From Promethearchaeota archaeon (lineage in GTDB: Archaea > Asgardarchaeota > Lokiarchaeia > Sigyniarchaeales > SOKP01), in assembly GCA_048940925.1 (NCBI GenBank), contig JBHLOC010000008.1, forward strand, positions 1-64,000: a stretch of 64,000 nucleotides of DNA, read 5' to 3'. This document shows, piece after piece, positions 9,738 to 19,777 of this stretch. The notes beneath the pieces are model-generated. The model saw nothing but the letters and a program-made list of their open reading frames with translations, was not told the origin of the DNA and ran no database searches. The position numbers were made by a program, and so were the translations under genes. Numbering within the stretch: position 1 is the first letter of the stretch; the number at the start of each line of letters is the position of its first letter.

Positions 9738-10076
9738 GTGAAAAGATTGACTTTACTTTATATGAGAAATTGGTTTCCTCCAGATCAGGCAGATAAAATA
9801 GCTAAGAGGTTCATGGATTGGATTAAGGATAATCCCCCTGATAATTCAATAGATAAGAACCTTGGTATTGGCATTACTTCGGATGAAAACGGGATGATTC
9901 TGGCTATTAGTTTAAGTGAAATAATGAAAGGAAAAGAAAAAGAAGCTTTGGAGCTTGCGACTAAGCAAAACCTGTTTATGGCTGTGGGGATTGTGGGATT
10001 TAAATACAAATCTGAAATAATACACAACTTTCCAGAGGCTTACAAAATCTTAGGCATGACAGCACCAGAAGTATAA
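9738..10076 (+). CDS. Small hypothetical protein (DUF3303-like; start may be TTG 9747)
   Basis: 112-aa ORF followed by a T-rich terminator; similar size and layout to 48115..48429. Confidence 0.6.
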   Translation: MKRLTLLYMRNWFPPDQADKIAKRFMDWIKDNPPDNSIDKNLGIGITSDENGMILAISLSEIMKGKEKEALELATKQNLFMAVGIVGFKYKSEIIHNFPEAYKILGMTAPEV

Positions 10077-10202
10077 AAACTTAAAAAATTAAATTTTTTT
10101 TTTATATATTGCATTTCTTTTTATTCTGGACGAATTTCAAATTCAAAAATGAGAATTCTAAGCCATTTTAATTATTGTCCCAATTTCCTTTGAAAGTGGG
10201 TT

Positions 10203-10247
10203 GGAAAGGTAAATTCAGAGTCTGAGTTCAATGAAAATTCCATTGAA
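10203..10247. repeat. Dispersed intergenic repeat, copy d
   Basis: GGAAAGGTAAATTCAGAGTCTGAGTTCAATGAAAATTCCATTGAA; contains TCAG/CTGA and TTCAATG/CATTGAA inverted repeats. Confidence 0.85.
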
Positions 10248-10355
10248 AAGAAAAAAAAACTTAAAATCGAAAAATGTGTACAAAATGATTGAGCAATTAA
10301 CTATCATCTTTAAATTGTAAGGAATATTTATGTAAAAAAATTTGGAGAGTATGAA

Positions 10356-11630
10356 ATGAGCGAGAAAAAAGATGTGAATACTGGTTTAAGTAGAGAAAGT
10401 GAATTTATACTAATACAGAAGCAGGATCTACAAACCATTAGTCCAGGTATACATGTTATAGGAGCGATCGGAAATTCTGTAGCTATCGAGACTGACATTG
10501 GGTTTATTCAGATCGACACTGGCAATACTAATAAAATGGCAGAAGGGATTCTGAATATACTAAGATCCATCTCAGATATCCCTGTTCATTCAATCATTTA
10601 TAGCCATGGTCATAATGGTTATAATTTCGGAGTAAAGGCTTTTCTCAAGGCAGCTGAACAACGTGGTGAACCTCGACCACAAATTATAGCTCATGATCGC
10701 CTTCCGGTACGTTATCGACGCTACCAAGAGACAGTAGAACTTCAAAATTATCTTGCTAACATTCAATTTCGATTTCCTCTTGAAACAAAAATGCAATATG
10801 TCTATGTATATCCAGATATAACTTTCAATGATATTCTGCGCCTAAATATAGGTAATCGTACAGTGGAAGTTCTATGGGCACCCTCAGAAACAGATGATTC
10901 TATTGCGGTGTGGTTACCCAAAGAACGGGTACTCTATAGTGGACCTGCTGTTATTATGAGCTGTATCAACATTGGAACGCCGTTACGTACACTAAGAGAT
11001 GCTACACGTTGGGCGGATACATTGGATATGATGATATCCCTGCGTCCAGAAGTGCTAATTCCCTCATATGGTTCTGTAATAAAAGGAACTGATGAAATTC
11101 AAAGGATACTCGGTAACATGGCTGAAGGACTTAGATACTTAAAACGTGAGGTTATAAAGCGAATGAACCAAGGTATGACTGATATAGAGATTTTACATGA
11201 TATTACTTATCCACCTGAATTATTTGACCAACAATGGACCAAACCAGTTTATGGTTGTCCTGATATGATCGTACGAGATATTTACCGCTCAGAAAATGGC
11301 TGGTGGGATCGAAATCCGACCAATCTCCATCCCGCCAGACCAGATTTAGCAACAAGAGCTATTTTTGAAGCCATTGGAGACCATAAGCGAGTGTTGGAAA
11401 AGGTTAAGCAACTCATGGATTCAGGTGAGATTCAACTAGCTCTTCACGTTGTAGACTTATTAGCACTTGTGTCTGGGGAAGAAAGCGAGATCTGGGAAGC
11501 TAAAAGACTCAAATCTGAGTTGCTACACCTCAAGTCTAAGGAAGTGCCTTCTATTGTTTCCACTAATCTCTATTTAAGCCATGCAGATCTACTTGATAAA
11601 ATAATCCAAGCTCATAATAAAGAAGGTTAA
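10356..11630 (+). CDS. Alkyl/aryl-sulfatase-like MBL-fold protein with dimerisation domain
   Basis: IDTG, PSETDD, NIGTPLR and GWWDRNPTNLHP motifs. Confidence 0.8.
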   Translation: MSEKKDVNTGLSRESEFILIQKQDLQTISPGIHVIGAIGNSVAIETDIGFIQIDTGNTNKMAEGILNILRSISDIPVHSIIYSHGHNGYNFGVKAFLKAAEQRGEPRPQIIAHDRLPVRYRRYQETVELQNYLANIQFRFPLETKMQYVYVYPDITFNDILRLNIGNRTVEVLWAPSETDDSIAVWLPKERVLYSGPAVIMSCINIGTPLRTLRDATRWADTLDMMISLRPEVLIPSYGSVIKGTDEIQRILGNMAEGLRYLKREVIKRMNQGMTDIEILHDITYPPELFDQQWTKPVYGCPDMIVRDIYRSENGWWDRNPTNLHPARPDLATRAIFEAIGDHKRVLEKVKQLMDSGEIQLALHVVDLLALVSGEESEIWEAKRLKSELLHLKSKEVPSIVSTNLYLSHADLLDKIIQAHNKEG

Positions 11631-11737
11631 ATTATTCTAAATTTTCGATATTGTGTGTACCTATTCAATTTTCCCAGAAGGTATTTTCAATGGGAAAGTT
11701 TAGGAAGCACTTGAAATCATTTATAATTTCGAAAAAA

Positions 11738-11759
11738 ATTCAATGAAAATTCCTTGGAA
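11738..11759. repeat. Partial copy e of the dispersed repeat
   Basis: ATTCAATGAAAATTCCTTGGAA matches the 3' half of copies a and d. Confidence 0.5.
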
Positions 11760-11893
11760 AATATTAAGATTTGCCAAGTTATTCTTAGAAGAATTCTTAT
11801 AATGCCTTTCTATAAGGAATGCAATTTCAAATTAGAGGATAGTTGGAATTCTTGACCTAATTACATAAGGATATTATAGGATCTTTATAAATA

Positions 11894-12577
11894 TTGGTCT
11901 ACAGATTTTATTTAATAGAATTTTCTTTACATTCTAATATGAATATGAATAATGATTTAGACAATCTTTTTAAATTAACACTAGCCTATGTTGAAAAGGC
12001 ATGTAAAGTGGCGGGTAGTGCTTTTCAAGATGATCCTTTCCCGATATTTGTATATCCTGATGAGAGAGAAAGAAAACAAAAACTACAATATGGCTTTTAT
12101 ATGATCTATAAGTATGGAATAAGAAATGGAGTAGCTTATGCTACATCTAATAATTTAGAAGGAATTATAATATGGCTACCCCCTAATAAGATTTACCCCT
12201 CCACTTGGACTATGATGAAAAATGGTGGTTTTCATGCAATGCGTAAAGTAGGTTTAAAAATGAAAGCTATGAAAAGAACTATGGCTGTTTTTAAATATGA
12301 GGAATCTACCCATAAACATCTTGTTCCCTTTGAACATTGGTATCTTCAAAATATTGCCGTTAAACCAGAAGAACAAAGAAAAGGATATGGAGGCCTACTC
12401 TTAAGCGCTATGATTAAAAAAATTGATAGTGAAGGTTTACCCATTTACTTAGAAACCAATAATGAAGAAAATTTGTCATTTTATCAGAAATATGGATTTG
12501 AAATACTTGAACATGTAATAATCCCTGAAACCGATGTACCTCTTTGGTGTATGTTAAGAAAAACAAAATACGTATAG
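11894..12577 (+). CDS. GNAT acetyltransferase (real start probably ATG ~11939-11945)
   Basis: HWYLQNIAVKPEEQRKGYG, IYLET and FYQKYGF motifs. Confidence 0.9.
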   Translation: MVYRFYLIEFSLHSNMNMNNDLDNLFKLTLAYVEKACKVAGSAFQDDPFPIFVYPDERERKQKLQYGFYMIYKYGIRNGVAYATSNNLEGIIIWLPPNKIYPSTWTMMKNGGFHAMRKVGLKMKAMKRTMAVFKYEESTHKHLVPFEHWYLQNIAVKPEEQRKGYGGLLLSAMIKKIDSEGLPIYLETNNEENLSFYQKYGFEILEHVIIPETDVPLWCMLRKTKYV

Positions 12578-12846
12578 AATAAACTCAATGATAATATAAC
12601 AAGCAAAATGATTTTGGTTTTTTATATGTGAATTTCTATGGTACTTTCCCCTATTAATAAAGAGTTCAAATTCAATTATAAAACTCTTTACATTTAAGTC
12701 ATAAGATATGATTTATTAAAAATTATTTTTTGTTAAATTCTGAATTATTTCTCATAATAACCATCTTTATATATTGTAGTTAATTTTTATTTATTAATGA
12801 AAGTTGTGAAAATTTTTTTCATAACTTAAAGGTAGAAAACTATAAA

Positions 12847-13245
12847 ATGGGAAGTTTTATGGAACAATCGGAAGGAATAATAGAAAATAAAGAATTCTCT
12901 ACACATAGTATGCCAGAAAGTATAGTAGAACTTCATACACTCGAGGATTTTGATAAATTATCAAATATTTATCCTAATAAACATATTATTATTGATTTTT
13001 GGGCAGTTTGGTGTGGACCCTGCATGTTTTTTGGACCAATATTTAAAAAGCTTCAAGAAGAATTTTTTAAAGATTTCATATTCGCTAAAGTTAATGTAGA
13101 TGAAAATGGTCTATTAGCAAGGCAATATGGCATAACAGCTATTCCTACAACCCTTATTATTAAAAGTAAAGAAATTACTAACAAGGTTGTGGGTGCTATG
13201 AACTACGATAGTATGAAAGAATTACTAGAAAAATTAAAAGAATAA
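12847..13245 (+). CDS. trxA: Thioredoxin
   Basis: DFWAVWCGPC and AIPT motifs. Confidence 0.9.
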   Translation: MGSFMEQSEGIIENKEFSTHSMPESIVELHTLEDFDKLSNIYPNKHIIIDFWAVWCGPCMFFGPIFKKLQEEFFKDFIFAKVNVDENGLLARQYGITAIPTTLIIKSKEITNKVVGAMNYDSMKELLEKLKE

Positions 13246-13298
13246 ATATTTACTTATTTACTTTTTTTTATTAAAAAAATAATTATTTGTGAGATCTA

Positions 13299-13763
13299 AT
13301 GGAAGTAATTGATAACCAGCTAAAGGAGTTTGTAGAAATTGATAAGTTATTAGATCAAAAGCAAATTTTCTCAAGTGACCGGTTATTTAAATGTATACTT
13401 GGGTTGAATAAAACAGAATCTAAATTATTTGGATATCTTTTAAAAAATAGTGATGTTGGAACATCAGAATTAACAGAAAAATTGGAAATGGATCGAAGTT
13501 CAATACAGAGAGCTGTTCAAGCTTTATTAGAGTTAAATCTTATTAAACGTAAGTCAATTTCTATGAAAGATTATATAGAAAGCAAGCAGTTAAAAAATAG
13601 TAAAAAAAAAGGATATCTTTATGTGTATAATGCGAAAAACATGGATTCAATAAAGGTTCAATTTAAAAAGTTATTAGATAAGTGGTATAACTCAATGTTA
13701 AACTATATTGAAAATCTTGAAAACCTATGTGAATGTTGCGATTTCAAGTTTAAACCATGTTAA
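13299..13763 (+). CDS. TrmB/COG3355-like HTH transcriptional regulator with Cys-rich tail
   Basis: CILGL, HTH segment SELTEKLEMDRSSIQRAVQALLELNLI, GYLYVY; ends CECCDFKFKPC. Confidence 0.75.
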   Translation: MEVIDNQLKEFVEIDKLLDQKQIFSSDRLFKCILGLNKTESKLFGYLLKNSDVGTSELTEKLEMDRSSIQRAVQALLELNLIKRKSISMKDYIESKQLKNSKKKGYLYVYNAKNMDSIKVQFKKLLDKWYNSMLNYIENLENLCECCDFKFKPC

Positions 13764-13808
13764 AATTATTTTAGAAAAAAAATAGTTAAAATATTTAAAT
13801 TATTAAAT

Positions 13809-14177
13809 TTATTTTGCAGATTCATCTTCTTCCATAATTCCAAGTTTATTACCCTCTGTATCCTTAAACATATAGATGTATCCAACACCAGGAACAGTTA
13901 TTTTAGGAGACTCAATTGATCCACCACTTTTTTCAATATTGATTCTAGCTTTCTTTACTGACTCTACATGAATATAATTAAAAATTTGGTCGGTGGGAGC
14001 CTCTCTCTTTTGTAATCCTCCATTTATACCTTCTTCATCCTCATCTCCTGCTTCAATTACCCAATATTCAAGAGGACCTTCCCATTTTTCAATTTTCCAA
14101 TTAAAAGCTTTTTCATAAAAAGTTTTTGCCCTTATAGGATCATCTGCATTAATTTCAAAATGATGAATTTTTGGCAA
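13809..14177 (-). CDS. VOC/glyoxalase family protein
   Basis: HFEINADD, FYEKAFNW, GINGG and FKDTEGN motifs; RBS GAGGTG. Confidence 0.9.
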   Translation of the reverse strand: MPKIHHFEINADDPIRAKTFYEKAFNWKIEKWEGPLEYWVIEAGDEDEEGINGGLQKREAPTDQIFNYIHVESVKKARINIEKSGGSIESPKITVPGVGYIYMFKDTEGNKLGIMEEDESAK

Positions 14178-14283
14178 GTTACCACCTCGGATAGATTTAT
14201 TTTTAAATTCTAACGTTGTTCAATTATGACATAATTAAAATACTGCTCTATTTAAATTCCTACCCAGTACTATAAAACAGACT

Positions 14284-14306
14284 TGATATTATCACAGATA
14301 ATATCA
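14284..14306. promoter_or_regulatory. Perfect palindrome, putative operator
   Basis: TGATATTATC-ACA-GATAATATCA about 110 bp upstream of the VOC gene. Confidence 0.4.
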
Positions 14307-14379
14307 CAGTATTACGAGGATTATCCCTTGATATATATATTAATTCGTAAAAGTGCCCTTTCACGAAGATTAAATAGAT

Positions 14380-16413
14380 TTAAATTTTTGATATTTTGAT
14401 TATAGTAGAAAAGTATGCTCCTGATAATTCTGATTCTTCAGGTTTATCTGGAGTTAAAAAGTTTACATTCTTATACTTATTATTAGTGAAAGGTAAACCT
14501 GAATATATTAAAGCAGTACCTGGTTTTAAATTACTTTTTTTATCTAGGACATATTTTGCTTCATTTAAATTATTAGATACCAGAACTTCTTTGTTAACTT
14601 TTAATCCAAGTGATTCGATATCAATGGGGTGCAAAAAAACTTTGCGAAAGTCATTTTTAAATTTTCTATGAATTTCACCAAATTGAGAGTGAATAAAATA
14701 TTTATGAGATGGGGAAAGTAAGTAAAACTCATCCTTATTTCGATGTAGCAAAATATCTATTTTTGAGTCAAATAACTTGATATGAGAGCTGGTGATTTGA
14801 ATTTTCCCATTAGAAGTAGGGAATTTAAAATCATTGAATGGGATATCCTCTGGTTTAAATGGGATAAAATATCCATCATTAGTTAAACTATTTCGAATTT
14901 CCTCGGGCAATAATTGAAGGCAATGTTCAACCATTTCTTTCTGAGTTTCTTGAAATATCGTATTATCTACCCATCCAATCTTTTTAGCTAATAGTTGGAA
15001 AAACTCATAATTTGAGAGACAATTAGGATATGGGCAAGATCCTCCTTGGTTTATCGAAATCCCTGGCATGAAATAAGAAGTAACTAAATCATCGCATTCA
15101 AGATCGAATTTAGCGGGGATAACAATATCGGCAAATTTCGTGGTTTCGTTTAAAAACATATCTATAACAACTGTATATAATTCATTACGGAATAATGATT
15201 TTCGTACTATATTTTGATTAGGAAGGGAGTTTGCTAAATTAAGATTATACACAAATAGCATCTTATATTTATCTGAATTTAAGGAAGACCCAAGATTTAC
15301 AAGAGGAATGGTCCTTTTAGAGGGATATTCTTTTGATAAAGTTATATATTCAATAAGAGGATATTGAAATGCTTTATTAAAATCGCTCTGAGAATAAAGA
15401 AAACCTGTGCCCGGTTTAGCTAAATTCCCCAAGATAATTTGTATTAAAGCAACCGTATTTAATATTTTTCCACCGAAGAAATACTTTTGGATTCCGAATC
15501 CTGCGATAATAAGAGTTTTTTGTTTATATTTAATAAGTAAATCTACGAATTCTTGGAGAGTTTTTTTATCTACTCCCGTTTGAGATATCAACTTGTTATC
15601 ATCAACAGTTTTAGCTACTTCAAAAAGATCATCGTAATTTTCAACATGTTGTATAATAAAATCTTTATCGTACTTTTCTGATGTAATGATTTTATTTAAA
15701 ATAAATTTGACAATCAAATGGTCAGTGCCAGGGAACGGTTGCACAAACAAATGAGCATCATCAACCAAGGGTGTTCTTATCGGATTCACAACAATTATAA
15801 ATGAACCATTTTTTATAGCATTCTTAACGAAAAAGTATGCATGATTATTTCGATCAGATAAATTAGTTCCCCAAACTATAATTAATCGATTTTTAGGGTT
15901 AAGAATTTGTAGAGGATTTGTAGTAGAATATGTACCAAACAATTCTTCTAAAGCGGAGCAACCTGCCTCATTACAAATCCCTTCATTTGTAATTGTAGCA
16001 CCGAATTTACCAAAAAATCTAAATGGAGCATATTTTGAAACTAAACCATTGTTCCCCGCATAATATGCACATAATACAGAAGACTGACTAGAGTTATTAT
16101 CAACTTGTAGCAATTTTTTAGCAACTAGATCTAATGCATTCTCTAGGTTAATTGATTTAAATGAATTATTGCCTTTAGGACCTATGCGAATTAAAGCTGT
16201 TTTTATCCTTTGAGGATGATAAAGTAATTTTTCTCGCTGATTTAATTTCGTGCAAAAGACCCCTTTAGTAAACGGATGGGCTTTTAAAGGTTTGGCGGTA
16301 AGAAACTTCTTCTCGGAGGCGTGGTCGTTCCATTCTCCAATAAAAACGCATGTCCCATAACAATCTTTAGAACAAGTTCCATATCTCCTAATAATTTCTA
16401 TCTTTTTTCTCAA
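14380..16413 (-). CDS. Molybdopterin-dependent oxidoreductase (DMSO reductase superfamily)
   Basis: N-terminal CSKDCYGTC...C Fe-S motif; IIVWGTN, PFPGTD and ETTKFADIVIP motifs. Confidence 0.85.
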   Translation of the reverse strand: MRKKIEIIRRYGTCSKDCYGTCVFIGEWNDHASEKKFLTAKPLKAHPFTKGVFCTKLNQREKLLYHPQRIKTALIRIGPKGNNSFKSINLENALDLVAKKLLQVDNNSSQSSVLCAYYAGNNGLVSKYAPFRFFGKFGATITNEGICNEAGCSALEELFGTYSTTNPLQILNPKNRLIIVWGTNLSDRNNHAYFFVKNAIKNGSFIIVVNPIRTPLVDDAHLFVQPFPGTDHLIVKFILNKIITSEKYDKDFIIQHVENYDDLFEVAKTVDDNKLISQTGVDKKTLQEFVDLLIKYKQKTLIIAGFGIQKYFFGGKILNTVALIQIILGNLAKPGTGFLYSQSDFNKAFQYPLIEYITLSKEYPSKRTIPLVNLGSSLNSDKYKMLFVYNLNLANSLPNQNIVRKSLFRNELYTVVIDMFLNETTKFADIVIPAKFDLECDDLVTSYFMPGISINQGGSCPYPNCLSNYEFFQLLAKKIGWVDNTIFQETQKEMVEHCLQLLPEEIRNSLTNDGYFIPFKPEDIPFNDFKFPTSNGKIQITSSHIKLFDSKIDILLHRNKDEFYLLSPSHKYFIHSQFGEIHRKFKNDFRKVFLHPIDIESLGLKVNKEVLVSNNLNEAKYVLDKKSNLKPGTALIYSGLPFTNNKYKNVNFLTPDKPEESELSGAYFSTIIKISKI

Positions 16414-16555
16414 TATTATAGACTCCAGACTTAAATTTCATTTTTTATAATTTTACTTCTATTAAAAGTGAGATAAAAATCTTAAATATTCTTCTTAGAA
16501 ATAATTCTTCTATAAATAAAAAAACCTTATAATCCTTAAAATCTCAATTTAAATT

Positions 16556-17620
16556 ATGAACTATTTTACAAAGGAAACTCTATTATCAACTATAGGAGAT
16601 CAGACAACTCTGATACAATTGGGATCAGATGAAAGCTCAGTTATAATTTCCGAGTTTGGAGGACGTCCTTTAGGAATCTTTCCAAGTAATGATTGCTATA
16701 ATTTATTATGGATTAATCCTAATATTAAAGAAATTATTAAATCAAGGAATTGGCAGATCGGGGGTGACAGATATTGGATTAGCCCCGAAAGAGATTTTTT
16801 CTATAAGAATCCAACAACATGGGAAGATTGGTTTTGTCCTGAAGGATTAGATCCAGCAAATTTTGAATTACTAGCTAGTTCAGAAACTTCTTGTACTGTG
16901 TCTAGTGGAATTTTTATAACAAATCAAAGTACCAAACAGGGATATCAGGGAGAAATCAGCCGACAATTCAAAGTTATAAAAGAACCATATTGGACAGGAG
17001 TTCAATATTGTGGAGTTGAAACTTTAGATGATTGTGTTTTTTATAGATCTAATCTTAATGTTAATGGATGGAGTTTAGCAACGGTTATTAGTGGTGGCCG
17101 AGATAATTCTGGAACTGTACTAATTCCTACGCTCTCCAATCCCAAACCAATATCATATTTTCGAAAAATTCCCGAGGATCGTTTGAAAATTGGAGAAAAT
17201 TATATGTCATTTAAGATCGATGTGGATGATATTTATAAACTAGCTATTCGACCTGAAGATATAAATTTCAAAGTTCCTGCCAAGATCGGATATGTGTTAC
17301 AATTGCCAGAATCGGAAGATTATGGATTCATTGTAAAATTGTCTGATGATATTCCAAAAAATCAGAATGAATGTTTTGACATTTCTCGAGATCATCCTGA
17401 TTCAGAGATTGGAGTGATCCAATCATATAATTCTGAATCACCAAATAAGCCACAACTTAATTTTGGAGAAATAGAGCTCCAATTAACCCCTTTTAAAACC
17501 ATTGAAAATGCATCTCATGGAAAGGCTAAACATCAGCTCTTTAGTTATATTGGTACAAAAGAAGAGATATTAAATGTTGTAGAAAAATACCTTGAAATTA
17601 ATAATCCTTTTCTCTTCTAA
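16556..17620 (+). CDS. Conserved hypothetical protein (DUF6786-like)
   Basis: GGRPLG, WQIGGDRYWISPE and QSYN...FGEIELQ motifs. Confidence 0.6.
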   Translation: MNYFTKETLLSTIGDQTTLIQLGSDESSVIISEFGGRPLGIFPSNDCYNLLWINPNIKEIIKSRNWQIGGDRYWISPERDFFYKNPTTWEDWFCPEGLDPANFELLASSETSCTVSSGIFITNQSTKQGYQGEISRQFKVIKEPYWTGVQYCGVETLDDCVFYRSNLNVNGWSLATVISGGRDNSGTVLIPTLSNPKPISYFRKIPEDRLKIGENYMSFKIDVDDIYKLAIRPEDINFKVPAKIGYVLQLPESEDYGFIVKLSDDIPKNQNECFDISRDHPDSEIGVIQSYNSESPNKPQLNFGEIELQLTPFKTIENASHGKAKHQLFSYIGTKEEILNVVEKYLEINNPFLF

Positions 17621-17796
17621 AATCTTCTTTAAAAACTCAGAACTTTTATTGTATTTTTTTATTAATTTATCTAACAGATAATCATCATATATAGCACATT
17701 TTTTTTTTAATTTACAAACTTTACTATTAGCGAAAATATTAAATATTTCAAAATAATCTTTTTAGTTATTCCAAAATTTTTGTTAGGGTAATCTAA

Positions 17797-19692
17797 ATGA
17801 AAAAAAGACTAGTGATATGTTTTTTAATGCTGGTAATCGCTTTTAGTTCTAAATTCTCATCAACAGAAATTAGATCCAATAACACTGAACATTCATATTA
17901 TTCTGAAGATATTAATCCAATTCTATCAAATGGGGTTGATGTTGCAGATGAATGGTATCTAACCGAAGGTTCTGCAGGTTTAGATATAGCCTATGATGTA
18001 GCTGTTTCCTCATCAACAGGATACATTTTTATTGCTGGAAGTGAAACTTTTTATGGAGATAGACTTTCAGGTTCTATAAGAATCTTTAATAGCTCTCGTT
18101 CTCCAAAGGAAATATATAGTACATTTAGTTATACTCATGATAACCATTTTTATGCGCTTATAACTGATTCCTTTGGGGATGTTATTGCGGTAGGAGATTA
18201 TTATCAAGAAGGTATAGGATTTTATTGCACGTATCTAGTGAAATTCAATAGTACAGGGGGAGTGATATGGGCAAAGACATATGGAACAAATACAGAAACA
18301 AAGTGTTATGGAATAACAGTTGATTTATCAGATAATATCTATTTAGGAGGAGAAGTAATAAATCCAAGTAGAGGAACATCAGATATGTGTGTAATAAAAT
18401 TTAATTCTAGTGGTGACTTTAAATGGATTCGTACTTGGGGAGGAAATTTTCCAGATCAATGTTTTGATGTTGCAATAGATTCATCAGGAAATATATTTTT
18501 AGCGGGAAATACTTGGAGTTATGGTTTAGGAGCTTCAGATATGTGTTTGGTTAAATTTAACAGCTCTGGAGATTATAAATGGAATACAACTTGGGGAGGA
18601 ATTTCCCTAGATTTCTGCACCTCTATTGCGGTGGATTCGACTAAAAATATCTATTTAGCAGGATATACCTTATCTACTTTTGCCGATTATGATATATGTT
18701 TAGTGAAATATAATAGTAGTGGTGATCTACAATGGAATCGAACCTGGGGTGATGTTTTCGATGATTATGGTTTTGATATAGAATTAGATTCCTTAGGGAA
18801 TATATATCTTGGAGGAGAAACAAGAATTTTTGACAGAGATTGGTCAGATATGTGTTTATTAAAATATAATACTAGCGGTGATTTACAATGGTTTTGTACG
18901 TGGGGAGGAGATAGCGAAGAAACTTGCTATGGAATTACGATAGATCCTGTAGGGAGTATTTATCTCGCAGGAAAGACACGGAGTTACGGTAATGGATTTT
19001 TTGATATGTGCATTGTAAAATATAGTTCAAAACCGAAGATAACAATAATTTCTCCAAAAACTAATGGATATCATGGTGCTATTTCTCCCTATTTCGCGCT
19101 TTCTATTTTTGAACCTGATTTAGATAAAATTTGGTATACTATTGATGAAGGGATCACAAATATAGCATGCAACTTAACAGGACAAATTGATCAAACCGAA
19201 TGGGATGAGAAAGATGATGGACCTGTTATACTTAGATTTTATGCTAAAGATATTAAAAACAATGAAGCCTTTTCGGAGATAAAAATCACAAAAGATACGA
19301 TCCCTCCCAATATAACTATTCACAAGCCCCTCCCAAACACAAGATATATAACGGGGAATCCGTGCTTCCATGTTTTAATTGAAGAAATAGGTTTGAATTC
19401 TAGCTGGTATACGATTGATAATGGTCTAACTAATATAACGATTTATAATATTGACCCATATCATTTTAATGATATTTTTGGATTTATAAGTGAAACTGAA
19501 TGGTATATTGCACCGAAAGGAAGAATCACTATAACTTTTTATGCAAAAGATGCTGCGGGAAATATTGCGAGTGCATCTGTAAATGTATATAAGGGTTCTA
19601 AGCCATTCATTCCTGGATATAATTTAATTCTAATAATTGGAATAATAAGTGTAGGATCAATTATTCCAATTATGAAATTAAAGAGACGGTAA
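17797..19692 (+). CDS. Surface protein: SBBP-type beta-propeller repeats, Ig-like domains and Loki-CTERM-like sorting tail
   Basis: Signal peptide; repeats CLVKFNSSGD.W..TWGG...DSSGNIYLAG; C-terminal IPGYN-TM-KLKRR. Confidence 0.85.
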   Translation: MKKRLVICFLMLVIAFSSKFSSTEIRSNNTEHSYYSEDINPILSNGVDVADEWYLTEGSAGLDIAYDVAVSSSTGYIFIAGSETFYGDRLSGSIRIFNSSRSPKEIYSTFSYTHDNHFYALITDSFGDVIAVGDYYQEGIGFYCTYLVKFNSTGGVIWAKTYGTNTETKCYGITVDLSDNIYLGGEVINPSRGTSDMCVIKFNSSGDFKWIRTWGGNFPDQCFDVAIDSSGNIFLAGNTWSYGLGASDMCLVKFNSSGDYKWNTTWGGISLDFCTSIAVDSTKNIYLAGYTLSTFADYDICLVKYNSSGDLQWNRTWGDVFDDYGFDIELDSLGNIYLGGETRIFDRDWSDMCLLKYNTSGDLQWFCTWGGDSEETCYGITIDPVGSIYLAGKTRSYGNGFFDMCIVKYSSKPKITIISPKTNGYHGAISPYFALSIFEPDLDKIWYTIDEGITNIACNLTGQIDQTEWDEKDDGPVILRFYAKDIKNNEAFSEIKITKDTIPPNITIHKPLPNTRYITGNPCFHVLIEEIGLNSSWYTIDNGLTNITIYNIDPYHFNDIFGFISETEWYIAPKGRITITFYAKDAAGNIASASVNVYKGSKPFIPGYNLILIIGIISVGSIIPIMKLKRR

Positions 19693-19777
19693 AAATAAAT
19701 TATTAAATTTTTTTCTTTTTCTATTAGAGTTAATCTAGTTAATGGGAGAAATAGAAATATTAAAAAAAATATAAGAA

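Noticed and set aside
3206-10247. Dispersed repeat as a CRISPR array or integron attC sites
   Set aside because: Copies are 0.6-4 kb apart with no regular spacers or cas genes; no RYYYAAC/GTTRRRY core and no integrase seen
18200-19030. Tandem nucleotide-level repeats
   Set aside because: Explained by beta-propeller protein repeats within the CDS
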